Source: Chlorokybus atmophyticus
Taxonomy: Eukaryota > Plantae > Mesostigma and Chlorokybus algae
Assembly: GCA_009103225.1 (NCBI GenBank)
Contig: RHPI01003156.1
Location: 164,537-228,536, forward strand
Reading direction: 5' to 3'
Length of the DNA stretch: 64,000 nt
The notes below the pieces were generated by a model. That model was not told the origin of the DNA. It did no database searches and saw only the letters and a list, made by a program, of their open reading frames with translations. Shown here in pieces: positions 34,791 to 47,399 of this stretch. Within the stretch, counting starts at the first letter, position 1, and every line of letters begins with the position of its first letter. The translations under genes were made by a program, and so were the position numbers.

Positions 34791-35990
34791 ATGCATAGTG
34801 AGGCCGCACAAGAGTGTGTCACATCCCCCCTCGTGGTGAGCCCACTCAATATGGTCAATGATACCCGCAAGCTGTGCCTCATCGTGGACGTGCACTATGT
34901 CAACTCCTACTTGGTGAACACGCCGTTCAAATATCATGAGGTGCGCAGCATGCCGGACTTGCTGCTGCCCGAGGACTAGTTGTTCTCCACAGATTTGAAG
35001 TCCGCCTATCATCATGTGAACATACACTCCGCCTTTCGAGGCTACTTGGGGTTCTCCATCGCGGGCAAAGTGTACTATTTTTACTTGTTGCCATTTGGAT
35101 TTAACACGGCTCGCGTTGTGTTCACAAAGGTGATGAAGCAATTGGTCCGCCATCGGTGTGTACAAGGCATCTGCATTTAGCCATATATTAATGACTTCCT
35201 GTTTGCTGCCAGCTCAAAGGCTGAGCATGCCTCCACCCTAGCCGTGAAAGCGGATGCAGCTTGGTGCGGGTTGGTGATCAACCCAAGGCATAAACTGTGC
35301 TCGGTAGAGTTATTATCTTATATTGTCTATCTCGATTGTCCTCCTCGGCTTTGTGTGGGATACACACACTGGCGTGGTGTATGTTCCCGGCTAAAAGCGA
35401 GATGGTTTACTTTGGGACCTGAAACGCGCATTTGGTGATAAGCGTCATGTGCCAATAAAGTTACTGGCCCGCATCTGTGGCAAGCTACAATCCATATTCG
35501 TGGTGTTGGGCCCTGCCGTCAAACTCATCACTTTGCATACACGCCGCTTGGTTGAGACGCGCCGCTTTTGGAGTTCACACATGGTATTGCGCAAGGTTGA
35601 AACTAATGATCTTATGTGGCTGCGGGACCACTTTGAGGAGCTTAATGTGGCGCCCATATGGCCTACAATACATCCGAACATCGTGTAATTTGTGGACATT
35701 TATGGCACTGGTTGGGGACTAGTGCGCCATGGCACGGATACCCCAATAGCAAAAGGCATATTCACATGAGGAGTGCCTTTATCAATGAACCGTGAGCTTT
35801 TAGGCCTTGAGCGAGCACTGCTCACGGTAGAGGCGGAGCTGTACGGGTGGATTGTGATGCGCTATGGCAATGCTCGCAATGTATACCACATTATGCGCAA
35901 AGAGGGCAGTGAGGCCAAACACTTGCAGCAAGTGGCATGTTGCATCTTTGTCTATATTGCCACCGCCATTGCATCCGCTTGCATGCGGAG
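34791..35990 (+). pseudogene. DIRS-type reverse transcriptase and RNase H
   Basis: LCLIVDVHYVN, TDLKSAYHHV, LPFGFNTA, YINDFLF and RNase H NRELLGLERAL. Contains multiple stops and frameshifts. Confidence 0.85.
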
Positions 35991-35999
35991 GGGTTGCCA

Positions 36000-36420
36000 C
36001 GCGAAACTGTATGAGGAGGCGGACGCGCTCTTCACGGCACTAGATTGGATTGGTTGGACTCTACAAACACCCTGGGTCCGCTTGCTCGCCCGCAAGTGGG
36101 GCCCCTTCGACATGGACCGCTTTGCCACAGATGCTAACACTGTGTGTGTGGCCTTCAACTCCGCATTCCATATTCAGGCTCGTTCAGTTCAATGCCTTTA
36201 ATTGTGCTAGGAGTGGCTGCAACAACTGGTGCCACCCCCCTCCACACCGCGTTGGCACTGTTTTGTGGCATGCTCGCAATTGCAAGGCTCGCATGTGCCT
36301 TATTGTACCTGAATGGACAACCCAAACTTGGTGGCCCGTGCTCTGCCCGCGAGGAGTGTGGGCACCATTTGTTACAGATGTCGTGTGCCTACTTAATGGC
36401 CCAGCCTGCTTGTGGCCTAG
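36000..36420 (+). pseudogene. DIRS N6-adenine methyltransferase-like (Dam/MT) domain
   Basis: WGPFDMDRFA..N..FNS, then NAF..NNWCHPP..VL..CLIVPEW..WWP across a frameshift. Confidence 0.75.
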
Positions 36421-36549
36421 CTCATAAGTCATGGAACTCCAAGCGGGCTTGCCAAATGTTGCATGTGGGCATTGCGTATTGTCTTATGTTCTAGCCATTG
36501 ACACGTCCTGTGTGCAGCTGCTGTTGAGCGTAGCCTACTATAGTCGCTT

Positions 36550-37546
36550 ATGCTCAACGTCCCCGGAGACTATGAGATTGAGCGCCTACGCACCTTATAC
36601 CCGGCAGTGGCAGCGGCGTCACATGCTACTAGCACCCTGTGGGGCCATCAGGGCTACTGGCGTCGCTTTATGGAGTTCTGCACGCCTCGTGGTTGGGCTG
36701 CCCTGTCAGCAGTGGTTGGGCTGCCCTGGCATAATGGCTTTATTTCTCACTAAGGTGTTGGCGGATTCCACCACCCCGGCACCTGTAAAACATGCCTCTT
36801 CCGCCATACATGCTGCGCATATCACGGTAGGTCAGGCCTCTCCCACAGCGCACGCACTCGTGGCGGTGGTGCATGAGGCCGCTGCCAGGCTGCTACCATC
36901 GAACACAAGGAAGAAGCACGCCTACACGCCTGAGCTCTTGCGAGCCATGGCTTCACACTTTGCTCGCAATGGGTGGGACTGGGTGGCCAGACTGCAAATG
37001 GTGGCTGTGGTGCTGCGGTTTGCAAATATGTTGCGATATTCCAACCTCGCCGAGGTTAATGCACATGGCATTATTTTGCGACTATATTGCATGCATTTGT
37101 CATCTCGTGCAGCATAACCAATTAATATGGTGTGGGCGCGACACTGCACATAGCTACTATTGGGGTAATTTGTGCCCAGCAGCATAACCACTTAATATGG
37201 TGCACACCGACAAGTTGTTGTTTGGTTCGGGCTACAAGCAAGCCAAGCCCGGCAAGTTGCTGCGCTCCATCACGCGAGCGGGGGAATGTGCATTATATGC
37301 GACACCGTGGCACCGTATGACACCAATTTCGATTTGAAAAAGGCCGCCATCAAGGCGGCGGGGGGGCACCCCACACGTTTTGGCACACAATCTGCCCTGT
37401 CGGGTGCGACAACCCAGGCGGTGCAGGCTGGTGTGCCCCGGCACGTGTGGCAGAAGTTTGCACGTTGGAAGGCTTCCATTGCGGCTGAGGGCTATGTGCG
37501 TGCGGCGTTGCTTGAGTTGCATACACTTATGAGAAGCTTCGGCTGA
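36550..37546 (+). pseudogene. Tyrosine recombinase of the DIRS element
   Basis: YWRRFMEFC (SAM-like N-terminus), LRYSNL (catalytic R) and GATTQAVQAGVPRHVWQKFARWKAS...GYVR (box II, catalytic Y). Confidence 0.8.
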
Positions 37547-37692
37547 AGTGGTACGTGCTCATACTGTTTTTATCCATTTGTCGACCCATAGCAACCCCCC
37601 AACTTGAGCTGTGTGTCGCATATAACTCGTGTGTGAGTTGCTAAACTCCCACACTCAATGGTGTAGCCTTGCCCTTTGCATCCTGTACCTTG

Positions 37693-37697
<5 letters not shown>

Positions 37698-37728
<31 letters not shown>
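37698..37728. repeat. (CT)n microsatellite inside a small Copia RT fragment
   Basis: Direct reading. The flanks match the RT sequence at about 41865-41935. Confidence 0.8.
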
Positions 37729-37732
<4 letters not shown>

Positions 37733-37916
37733 TACTTCTTGAGCAAGTTTGATATATTAAAAACTATGTATGCATATATGCGCCCTACCTCATACATGCG
37801 CTCACACTAGGGGGAACACCAACTGTTACATACAAGCATATCAACACGATAGAGAAATGTATTGCAATTCCACCGGTATGCGCCACATATAGGGACTTAT
37901 ATGCTAAGCTGTTTCA

Positions 37917-40116
37917 TGTAAAATGTTATAGCTTGTTGAAAGTACATGTATAGGTGGCGCCTACATGTAGTTGGTACGATCAACTTAACCTTTATAGTTA
38001 CGTGAGTTACGAGAGTTAAGAGAGTTACGACAGTTACGGCAGTTATGGTCAACCATGGTCAACTTTGACTTTGACCGTTGACTTTAACCATTGACCAGTG
38101 TTGACTTTAACCAGAGTTGACTAGTACTTAGTAGCATAGTATATAAGACACTGTAAACTGCTTAATACAATGGGTCGCACATTGTTTCTATAGTTGGCGT
38201 GCTTGCTGCACTTGTCCTTAGTGTGCACACTTGTATGTAAGAGGCAAATACACACACTAGGCGCATCACTAGTTCTCAACAGGTTATGGGCCCACACTCG
38301 CTTGTGTGATCGCTTGTGCTAGTGAGAGAAAGTGTTGAACATAGGCGCCTACTAGTAGAGTATTCTTGGGGAGAGGGTGAGTTATACTATTGTATAGCAA
38401 GCAATGGCTGACACAGATAGGATGCCCATTGAGTCCCTTGATCTGTACAACTACGCTTCATGGTCGCTGAAGATGAAATTGGTGCTGATCCGCAAGAAGC
38501 TCTGGAGTTTAGTCGACCCCACCTCCTCCACATCATTGCGGTCAAGAACAAATTGCAAGACTGGACGTGAGGCATTGGAGGTCTTCGACACCCTCTTCAA
38601 GGCCAATAGCAACTCGCGCAAGTTGCAGCTGAGACGCAAGCTGACACTTCTGAAAATGGAGCACAAAGAGCCAATCCAGAAGTACATCTCGCGTGCAAGG
38701 GAGCTTTGGCGAGACCTTGCAGCAGTGGGCCGCGATGTGAAGAAAGAGGAGGTAATGTGGGTAGTCTTAGCTGGCTTGGGAAAGAGCTTTGCTACGCTAG
38801 TGACTGTGTTGGAGTCCTCAGATGTGGTTTTGAAGTTTGCTGATGTAATGCCTAAGCTGCTAGCTGTGGAAGGCAAGTTGGATGTTCAGGATATAGAAAA
38901 TGGTGGAGAACCTATCGCACTTGCTGTCTTATCTTCTCAACACACACGAAGCAGGAGCAAAGCAGGTGGTGGGAAGCCATCACGTGACAAAGAGTGTCAC
39001 TACTGCAAGATGAAGCGCCACTTCATTCCTGAGTGCCAGAAGAGGATCCACGTTGAGGCAACCAAGGAGGAGCACGCCACGATGGCGATTGCTTTCTAGC
39101 ATTGGTGAGGACCTCAAGGAGTTGCAGTGGATGGTGTTCGTCCGTCCTCTCCCACTGCAAGGGCGCATGAAGGACATGCGCAGACGGAGGTCGCAGACAC
39201 AAAGGTCTGTGAGAGTTACTGCTAGCCTATGAGTAGTTGCTGGTGTTGAGCTGCATACACTAGAGGTTGCATTGCTGTGGAGTTGTTTTTTGGTAGCACA
39301 CAGGTGTGCGATGCTGGATAGAACACTTCATTTGATTGCCATGCAAGGCCTGAGTTGTGTAGTTAGCTAACAGGAGATGGGAGGGGTGCTTTCCTTGGTA
39401 GAAGGGTCTGATCAACCCTTGCACGGCCTGCACTCTGGTATAGCATTGCTAAGGTAGAGAACTCAGTGTAGTTTATAGCATAGTTTGCCATTGAGGGAGT
39501 CTTCAAAACCACCTGAGCAAGGTCAGGCGTGGCGTGGTAGAACTTGATTTAACAACTATGAGGAGGAAACAAGGAGTATTGGAACCTTGTAGTCCTGCTG
39601 GCAGCATGAGGAGAAGGATGGTGTTATGGAGACAAGCATCAAGTCCGTGGGAGCAACACATCCGTGGGAGTGTTCAATAGAGTAAGTTAATGTGGGTAAG
39701 CTGGCGAGAAGAACTTGGAGTTCAAGGTCAAATTGCTCGCGTGGGAGTGTTAAATATTATAGCTTGTTGGAAGTACATGTATAGGTGGCGCCTATATGTC
39801 GTTGGTTTGATCAGCTTAACCTTTATAGTTACGGGAGATACGAGAGTTAGGAGAGTTACGGCACTTATGGTCAACCATGGTCAACTTTAACTTTGACCAT
39901 TGACTGTGACCATTGACCAGTGTTGACTAGTGTTGACTTGATCAGAGTTGACTAATACTTAATAGCATAGTATATAAGACACTGCATACTGCTTAATACA
40001 GTGGGTCGCACATTGTCTCTATAGTTGGCGTGCTTGCTGCACTTGTCCTTAGTGTGTGCACACTTGTATGTAAGAGGCAAATACACACACACTAGGCGCA
40101 TCACTAGTTCTCAACA
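37917..40116 (+). mobile_element. Internally deleted Ty1/Copia element (family A)
   Basis: LTRs 37917-38281 and 39748-40116, PBS GGTTATGGGCCC (38282-38293), PPT GTGGGAG, and imperfect TSD TTTCA/TTTAA. The interior is only about 1.47 kb. Confidence 0.88.
38404..39099 (+). CDS. gag: Copia Gag with CCHC knuckle, open 231-aa frame
   Basis: NYASWSLKMKLVL...LW, LRRKL..LKM, VLAGL..F..LVTVLE and CHYCKMKRHFIPEC. Confidence 0.85.
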   Translation: MADTDRMPIESLDLYNYASWSLKMKLVLIRKKLWSLVDPTSSTSLRSRTNCKTGREALEVFDTLFKANSNSRKLQLRRKLTLLKMEHKEPIQKYISRARELWRDLAAVGRDVKKEEVMWVVLAGLGKSFATLVTVLESSDVVLKFADVMPKLLAVEGKLDVQDIENGGEPIALAVLSSQHTRSRSKAGGGKPSRDKECHYCKMKRHFIPECQKRIHVEATKEEHATMAIAF

Positions 40117-40503
40117 TTTAACATTAGAAAGAACTAGTCAACGCTAATTACAGTTAACTCTAGTGAACACTAGTCAACTCTAGTGACAGTCAACACTAGT
40201 CAACACTGGGTAATATGTGGTGTTAAAGTTGACCATACCTTTTGTAACTCCCATAACTCCCATAACTCCTGCTAGCGGCAACTCCCATAGCATAATCGCC
40301 GCACATGGCCTAAGTAACATCGACATGCTGACTGGTCTATAAGCATACTATATCAGCAAACCTCATATGCTTGACTCTCAATACTCCCATGTAGGCAGCT
40401 CGTCCGCATCTGCACATGAGCAAGCGCAAGCTCCCATGCCTTTGTTGCCTTCAAGTTAATACTGACATTGCATACTAGCCATAATGCACATGTAGAAATG
40501 TGG

Positions 40504-42695
40504 TGCTGAAAAGCAGAGTGGATCTTACAGTATTGCACAACGTACAGTGTCTTATATAGTACACTAGTTAACCCTAGTTAACACTTGTCAAAGTCAATAT
40601 CAACGGTTAAAGTCAAAGTCAGTGGTCAGAGTCACTATTGACCATAGTGGAATAGAAATGCCATAACGGTAGTTGACTGTTAAATTTTATAGCTTGTTGA
40701 AAGTCGTATCAACTACATGTATAGGCGGCGCCTACATGTAGTTGATACGATTAGCTTAACCTTTATAGTTATGGGAGTTACGATAGTTACGAGAGTTACG
40801 GGAGTTACGGCAGTTATGGTCAACCATGGTCCACTTTGACATTGGCCGTTGACTTTGACCATTGACTAGTGTTGACTAGTGCTGACTTTGACCAGAGTTG
40901 ACTAGAGTTGACTAGTACTTAGTAGCATAGTATATAAGACAATGTATACTGCTTAATATAATGGGTCGCACATTGTCTCTATAATTGGTGTGCTTGCTGC
41001 ACTTGTCCTTAGTGTGTGCACACTTGTATGTAGAAGGCAAATACACACACACTAGGCGCATCACTAGTTCTCAACATTGACCGTAACTGTCAAGGTGAAG
41101 ATGATCGTGGAAGTTTTTTTAAGGCGCCTAGCCAAATACTTTTAACACTTCCACGTGAGCATCTTTAGCCTTCAACTCCGAGCTCCACGCAATACGTCTG
41201 GAACTTTGGTGAGTGGTAGCGGCTTGGTGATGCACTCTGAGCATGTTCTCCGTGCTGCACCTGTACCTCAATTCCAGTTCCCTTTGTGCAACTCTCTCTC
41301 TTATAAAGTGGTGCATGATGTCAACATGCTTCGACCTGGCGGATGTGATGGGGTGCATGCTTAGCTTGAGCGCTCCTGGGTTGTCGCATGCAATGGTGAC
41401 ATGAATCAGTACATATCAAAGGTGAGTGATCAACTTGCAAAGCCACAATGCTCCCTTCACTGCAAATGAAGCCGCCATATAACTCGGCCTCCGTGGTCAA
41501 TGCAGCAACGGTTGGTTGTAGTTGGCTGTTGCAACTACGAGACCTCCTCCCATAAAGAAGTGTAACCTGTGGTAGACCTCCTTGTGTCGAGATCTTCAAC
41601 ATAATTTGCATCACAGTAGTCTTGTAATGTGATGTCTTTTCCTCCCGAAACTCATACCCACGTCCTGATTACTTACAAGATAGCGAGAAACTCCTTTCAC
41701 TGCCTTCGTAGGCTCCATAGTGGGTGCTGACATACTCGCCAAGACTCTCACGGCTTGTGCAGTGTCAGGCCTTGTGGCAATGGATAAGTAGATGAGGCTC
41801 TCAACGAGCTCACCATAAAGGTAGCTGTGTCAAGCACAGAGGTAGTAACTCGTGCCTTGAGTAGCTAAAATCCCACACTCAGTGGTGTAGCCTTGCCTTT
41901 TGCATCATGTACCTTCAACTTCTTAAGCAAGTTAAGTACTATCTGCGTCTGAGTGATCCTGAATGTCTTTGCATCGCTATCACTGGTGATTTCGAGTATG
42001 CATTCCAGATGCAAATCTCAACTGCAGATGTAAATGTCACCTTATTCTGCTGTAGTGCCACAGCACTTGCGGATGCCAAGACAATGTCGTCCACGTACAC
42101 CAACAGGCAAACCTGTCCGTCTTTACTAATGAAGAGCCTTGGGTATGACATAAACTGCTGTACGCCCATCTTTTTTAGCTCCTTGCTGAGCCGAATGTGC
42201 CAAACTCGCGGCGCTTGCCGAAGCCAATACAAAGCTTTGTGCAGCAAGCATGCTTTACCCATGTCTCCCTTCTCGTACCCGTGAGGCTGCTGCACAAAGA
42301 TCAAGACTGCTTTTCTCTATGGAGAGTTTGACGAGCAAAATCTGCTCGTCCAACCCTCCATAGAGAAAAGCTGTCTTTGCGTCGAAGTGGTGCAGCTCTA
42401 AGGTCTCCATAGCAACCTTGCCGAGTAGTATCCTAAAAGTTGCATATTTGCTTGCAGGTGCAAATACCTCCTTGCAATCATCTCCCTCCTGTTGAAGGAA
42501 GCCCTTCGCGACAAGTTGCGCCTTGTAGCGCTCAATGTTGCTCATGCCGTTACGCATAATTCTGTACACCCACTCAAGAAGTATAGGCTTGATGCCTTGT
42601 GGAACCTGCTCGAGTACCCAAGTCTTGTTGGTGTGTAGCGAAGCAATCTCCTCGTCCATGGCCTTGCCCCACAACTCTGCATCTACAGCTGTGGT
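40504..42695 (-). mobile_element. Degenerate Copia 3' half: RT-RNase H (42695-41148) and 3' LTR (about 41147-40504, interrupted by a solo LTR-A)
   Basis: WGKAMDEEIASL..NKTW, YKAQLVAKGF.Q.EG, LYWLRQAPRVW, LLVYVDDIVL and RSKHVDIMHHFIRE. PPT-like GTGGAAG precedes TGTTAAAAG. Confidence 0.85.
40678..41076 (+). repeat. Solo Copia LTR-A with TSD TTGAC
   Basis: TGTTAAA...TTCTCAACA, flanked by TTGAC at 40673-40677 and 41077-41081. Confidence 0.93.
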
Positions 42696-43083
42696 TGTTA
42701 AATGTTATAGCTTGTTGAAAGTACATGTATAGGCGGCGCCTACATGTAGTTGGTACGATCAGCTTAACCTTTATAGTTACGGGGGTTACGATTGTTACGA
42801 GAGTTACGGGATTTACGGCAGTTATGGTCAACCATGGTCAACTTTGACTTTGACCGTTGACTTTGACCATTGACTAGTGTTGACTAGTGCTGACTTTGAC
42901 CAGAGTTGACTAGAGTTGACTAGTACTTAGTAGCATAGTATATAAGACACTGTATACTGCTTAATACAGTGGGTCGCAAATTGTCTCTATAGTTGGCGTG
43001 CTTGCTGCACTTGTCCTTAGTGTGTGCTATTTGTATGTAGGAGGCAAATACACACACACTAGGCGCATCACTAGTTCTCAACA
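42696..43083 (+). repeat. Copia LTR-A with non-matching flanks
   Basis: Full LTR with left flank GTGGT (RT) and right flank GGGAA (LTR-B), consistent with recombination between two LTR-A copies. Confidence 0.9.
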
Positions 43084-43443
43084 GGGAACATCAAGTATAA
43101 CATACAAGCATGTCAACACCAAAGAGAGAAATGTTTTGCAATTCCACCTGTATGCGCCACATTCAGTGACTTATAAAACTAAGCTAGTCATCATTGGAAA
43201 GAATCAATGAACCTTAGTTAACTTTGGTCAACACTAGTCAACGGTCAAAGTCAATGCTAGTCAACACTACTCAATGGTCAAAGTTAAAGTTGACCATAAT
43301 TGTCGTAACTACCATAACTCCCATAACTCCTGTTAACTGTAACTCTTGTAGCGTAACCGCCGCATATGGTCTAAGTAACATTAAAAACTGACTGTACCTT
43401 AAGCATACTATACTAGCAAACCTCTTATGCTTAACCTTCAACA
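43084..43443 (-). repeat. Partial Copia LTR-B
   Basis: Reverse-complement match to 45694-46044, ending CCTTCAACA on the plus strand. Confidence 0.8.
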
Positions 43444-45247
43444 CTCTCCCTTATAGTCCTCCTCCTCCTCCTCTTTCTCCACCATTGCCGCCATGCCCGT
43501 TAGCCTTTGCTTGCATAAGTACTTGCCAATCATTATGAGAAGCTAAGCTAAACCCTCAAGCAAACTATAAAGCGAGCCATATGCTAAGGGACCCCACAAG
43601 ACGGGTCATATACATGATGTGCGAGGTATATCAGCTGTAGGCCGCTCTCATGCATTTGTATGTCGCTTTAGTTGGGGGCCAGCGTAACTCCCACATTTGG
43701 TGTAACTTGTGAGCAGCTTAGGCACATGCATATCGTAAGCTCTGGGCTGAGCATAAACGCTATTATCCCTATATAATAGCACAGTAGTTGTAGCAGCTTG
43801 GATCCACAATGATAGGTCATAGGTGTACACTTGTTTGGTGTGCAAAAGCTTTTATTTACTTGTAATTTCTTTCTTGGGCCTTATGTGACCACGAAATGAA
43901 ACATGGTATTCTTATCTTATTGAGATGGAAAGCGTTGCAATGAGCAAATGCTTCTTGAATAATGTGAGTATGTTCTCACGTATTAATGCTTGCACGGTAG
44001 AGCGTACACTCGTACGTGTGCATATTGGGGTGACGCGCATGCACCCATGGATCAAGACTGTATGTAGTTGCCTATAAAAGCACATATGTGGACCTTATTC
44101 ATGACAATATGCATTTCTATTAATATAGTTGAGTCCCCCCCCCCCCCCCCCCCNTCTCTCTCTCTCTCTCTCTCGCTCTCTCTTTTTCGCTCTCTCTCTC
44201 CCCTAAAGCGAAAGGAAGCCCGCCCATGAATTTAGTGACTTGCTAATGGGTTATGAGATGCTTGTGCCCATAGTGCCTTAGGTACTTGAGGGGCACAAGC
44301 ACTCCTTGGGCGTAAGTTGTGAGTCACAAGCTTCTTACCTAGTTGCTTGAAACCTTAGCACGGCGCCATCCTTAGCGTGGGTGGCGAGTGTGGTTTCGAG
44401 GTAGGAGGGAGATGACACTTCACCATAGCAAAAGGTCACGAAGCCGAGGATGGAGAGTATAGAGAGCATGTAGTGGCCTCGGCGGTGGCGGCCTTGTGTG
44501 CCGCCAATTGCTTGGCGTGGGCTAAGAGTCTAAGTCGTGGGAGGAGAAGGGAAGGAGAGGGAGAGGTGCGCCCCCTTGGGGGTGGGAGAGAGGAGGAGGT
44601 AAATAAGGAGGGTGATGGTGGTGCGAACAAGGAAAATAATGAGGAGGATGCGGAATATCACCCCAAGCGCATGAAGCGCGCGCCTAGCCCGACAAGCTGC
44701 GCCTCCACCTTATCAATACGCCCTAAAAAGCCATGGAGGTTGGGGATGTTTAAGGCAGAGAACATGCGCCTCAAGCGTGGAAAGGTGCCCGCCATCCCTC
44801 ATGAGCCCGTAACTTACGAGCCCAACTACCCACTTTTTGCGAGCATCCTTCAACGTGAGAGCAACTCCAACATCCCTATCGCCCTTGTGGAGGCGACGGC
44901 CAACCCATTGGCGAGCCCGCGACCCCTTGAAAAGAGAGAACTTGAAGAAGCGGGCCCGGCAACCTGTGGTGCCTTGGTACCTCGGTGAAACTGCGAGCTC
45001 ATTTGGTCGTATATCCGCTCACCTTGCCAATAATCCCCACTTCACCAAGGGCCATAGAGAGAACATGAGAGGTGGGCTCATTTTTTGTGAGGTCATATGC
45101 ACAAAAATTCATATAAAAGTTCCATTTCACGAGTGCCGATGTTGCCCATGCCCACTTGCGCATACGTGCGTCATAGGTCTTATAAAGGCGCTGCCCCATT
45201 GTCCATGCACGAGATGCACTTGTTCCGTACCCCTCCTCTCCCCGTAT

Positions 45248-45280
<33 letters not shown>

Positions 45281-45693
45281 CCCCAAGACTTGGTTAGCCA
45301 ATGAACCAGAAGAATNAAAAAGGTAACAAGCACAACAGGGCACAATATTTGCACTTGTATTCGCATGTGCACATGATTATGTTGAGGGTGGTATGTGGGT
45401 ACGCTTGGCACTAGACCCTATGGCTTTGAGCCCTTGTGCTTATGCAACCGGTGTTGCTAATATGTGCTTTATGCACCAGCACTGGACGCAGTGTTTAGGC
45501 AATTCCATTATTTGGAGGTAGCCAACAAGCACAGTTGCAAGGTGGTGGAGGAGCTTGAGGGACACCCTTTGGCCTCAAACGACGCCGAGGCAAAGTGCCT
45601 TAGCAAGGCGATTATGAAGGCGGCTGCGGCGCAGCTAAAGCCCCAGGCAAAGCCTACCTACACTCCCAACAGGGAGCGAGGCCAGCCAGCCCC

Positions 45694-46044
45694 TGTTGAA
45701 GGTTAAGCATATGAGGTTTGCTAGTATATTATGCTTATAGTACAGTCAGCTTGTTGATGTTACTTGGACCATGTGCGGCGGTTACGCAATGGGAGTTACA
45801 GTTAACAGGAGTTACGGGATTTATGAGAGTTACGGTCAACTTTGACTTTGACTTTGACTAGGGTTGACAAATCTTCTCTAGTGTTGACTAGCTTAGTATA
45901 TAAGTCACTGTATGTGGCACATACAGGTGGAACTGCAATAGGAACATACTTCTCTTTATTGTTGACATGCTACTGCACTTGTTGTTCCCCTAGTGTGAGC
46001 GCATGTATGAGGTAGGGCGCATACATGCACACTAGTTCTTGGCA
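45694..46044 (+). repeat. Solo Copia LTR-B
   Basis: TGTTGAAGG...TTCTTGGCA, flanked on both sides by AGCCCC (45688-45693, 46045-46050). Confidence 0.8.
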
Positions 46045-46056
46045 AGCCCCCCCCCC

Positions 46057-46185
46057 NNNNNNNNNNNNNNNNNNNNNNNNNNNNNNNNNNNNNNNNNNNN
46101 NNNNNNNNNNNNNNNNNNNNNNNNNNNNNNNNNNNNNNNNNNNNNNNNNNNNNNNNNNNNNNNNNNNNNNNNNNNNNNNNNNNNN
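46057..46185. other. Assembly gap (N run)
   Basis: Run of N following poly-C. Confidence 0.99.
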
Positions 46186-47048
46186 TCCCTAACCCCCCGG
46201 CGACTCCAGGTCCTAAGCATCTACTGCGGGGCATAGCTGCTATATGACCGCTCTGATGCTGACTTAAGTAGCTTCTACTGGGGTTTAACGTGACTCCCGT
46301 ACCATTAGATAGCTTTGCAGCTTTGGTAACATTATGACAGCCTAATAGCTGTACACTTGTGCGCAAGTATTGCTTGCAACTGCTTGTATATGTCTCATAT
46401 GACCATTGAATGGAGTGAAATATTGTAGATTTATGACCATAACATAGCGACACTCATGTAGAGCCAAAGAATGTGAAATTTAAATACGATTTACTACGGT
46501 TGCACATTGTTGAGCTCATAACTTTCATTTGCGACCCTGGCTAGACGCAATTTCCTTCATGTTAAAACATGTTAATAGTATATTGAAATGTACATTAGAA
46601 TGCCTTGCGGTATGACTATTGACAAACGCTTGCTTTAAACACCTAAACGTCCTGAAGATTGTTCACAAATGCTACAACCGTTACCAAATGGGAGCATGCA
46701 ATCGCTTATTACACATGCGGGGGGCAAATATGGAGGCATCGTACATTGCAGTCCTTGGTTACACTTCAATTAAGTCAGAGTCAATGAAGACCTGGACGAA
46801 ATACTACGAATTTACATGATTACGTAGCAACTTGGTCGTAGAAGGTTTGCATGCGAGGCACCGCTTACGGGAGGCCTTACCAGCATGGCAGCAACGCTGC
46901 CAGCCTACTATGGTCCTAACCTAAGTGGAGTACGAGTACTAGTTACCATGGGCGGCTGACCCACCATCTGAATGGGCACTCACCAACAACAAGGGTGGGC
47001 ATGAGTTTTCGGACTATACTGCGGCTGCTATTGCAACTTAGTGCAAAG

Positions 47049-47392
47049 TGTTGAGAATTAGTGATGCGCCTCTCATATATAAGTGTGCACACACACAGGA
47101 CAAGTGGAGTAAGCAAGCCAATCATAGGAACAATGTGCGACCCACTATATTAAGCAATATACAATGTCTATATATACTATGCTACTTAACACTAGTCAAC
47201 TCTTGTTAACTCTAGTCACAGTCAACACCAGTCTATGGTCAAAGCCAAAGTCAAAGTTGACCATGGTTGACCATAACTGCCGTATCTCCTATAACTCTAG
47301 CAATTCTCGTAACTATAAAGGTTCAGCAAATCATACCAACTACACGTAGGCGCCGCCTATATATGTACCTTTAACAACCTATAACCTTAATA
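47049..47392 (-). repeat. Copia LTR-A, diverged
   Basis: Reverse complement of the family-A LTR (TGTTGAGAATTAGTGATGCGCC...). No TSD. Confidence 0.85.
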
Positions 47393-47399
47393 GCCAATC

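Larger units (their letters stand above)
32625..37546 (+). mobile_element. Degenerate DIRS/Ngaro-type tyrosine-recombinase retrotransposon, 5' end lost
   Basis: Order is gag-like region with knuckle (YNCGETGHLRAYC, about 33908-33952), RT, RNase H, Dam-like methyltransferase domain, then tyrosine recombinase. Confidence 0.85.
37756..40383 (-). repeat. Copia LTR family B, split by the Copia-A element (parts 37756-37916 and 40122-40383)
   Basis: Both parts match the reverse complement of 45694-46044. A minus-strand PPT-like ATGGGAG adjoins at 40384. Confidence 0.7.
44473..47048 (+). mobile_element. Second degenerate DIRS-family copy (gag-like region to RT start), interrupted by LTR-B and an assembly gap
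   Basis: Homologous to 32625-33780 (e.g. GEVRP..GRGEEEVNKEG, KAAAxQLKP.AK..YTPN) and to 34690-34795. Confidence 0.7.
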
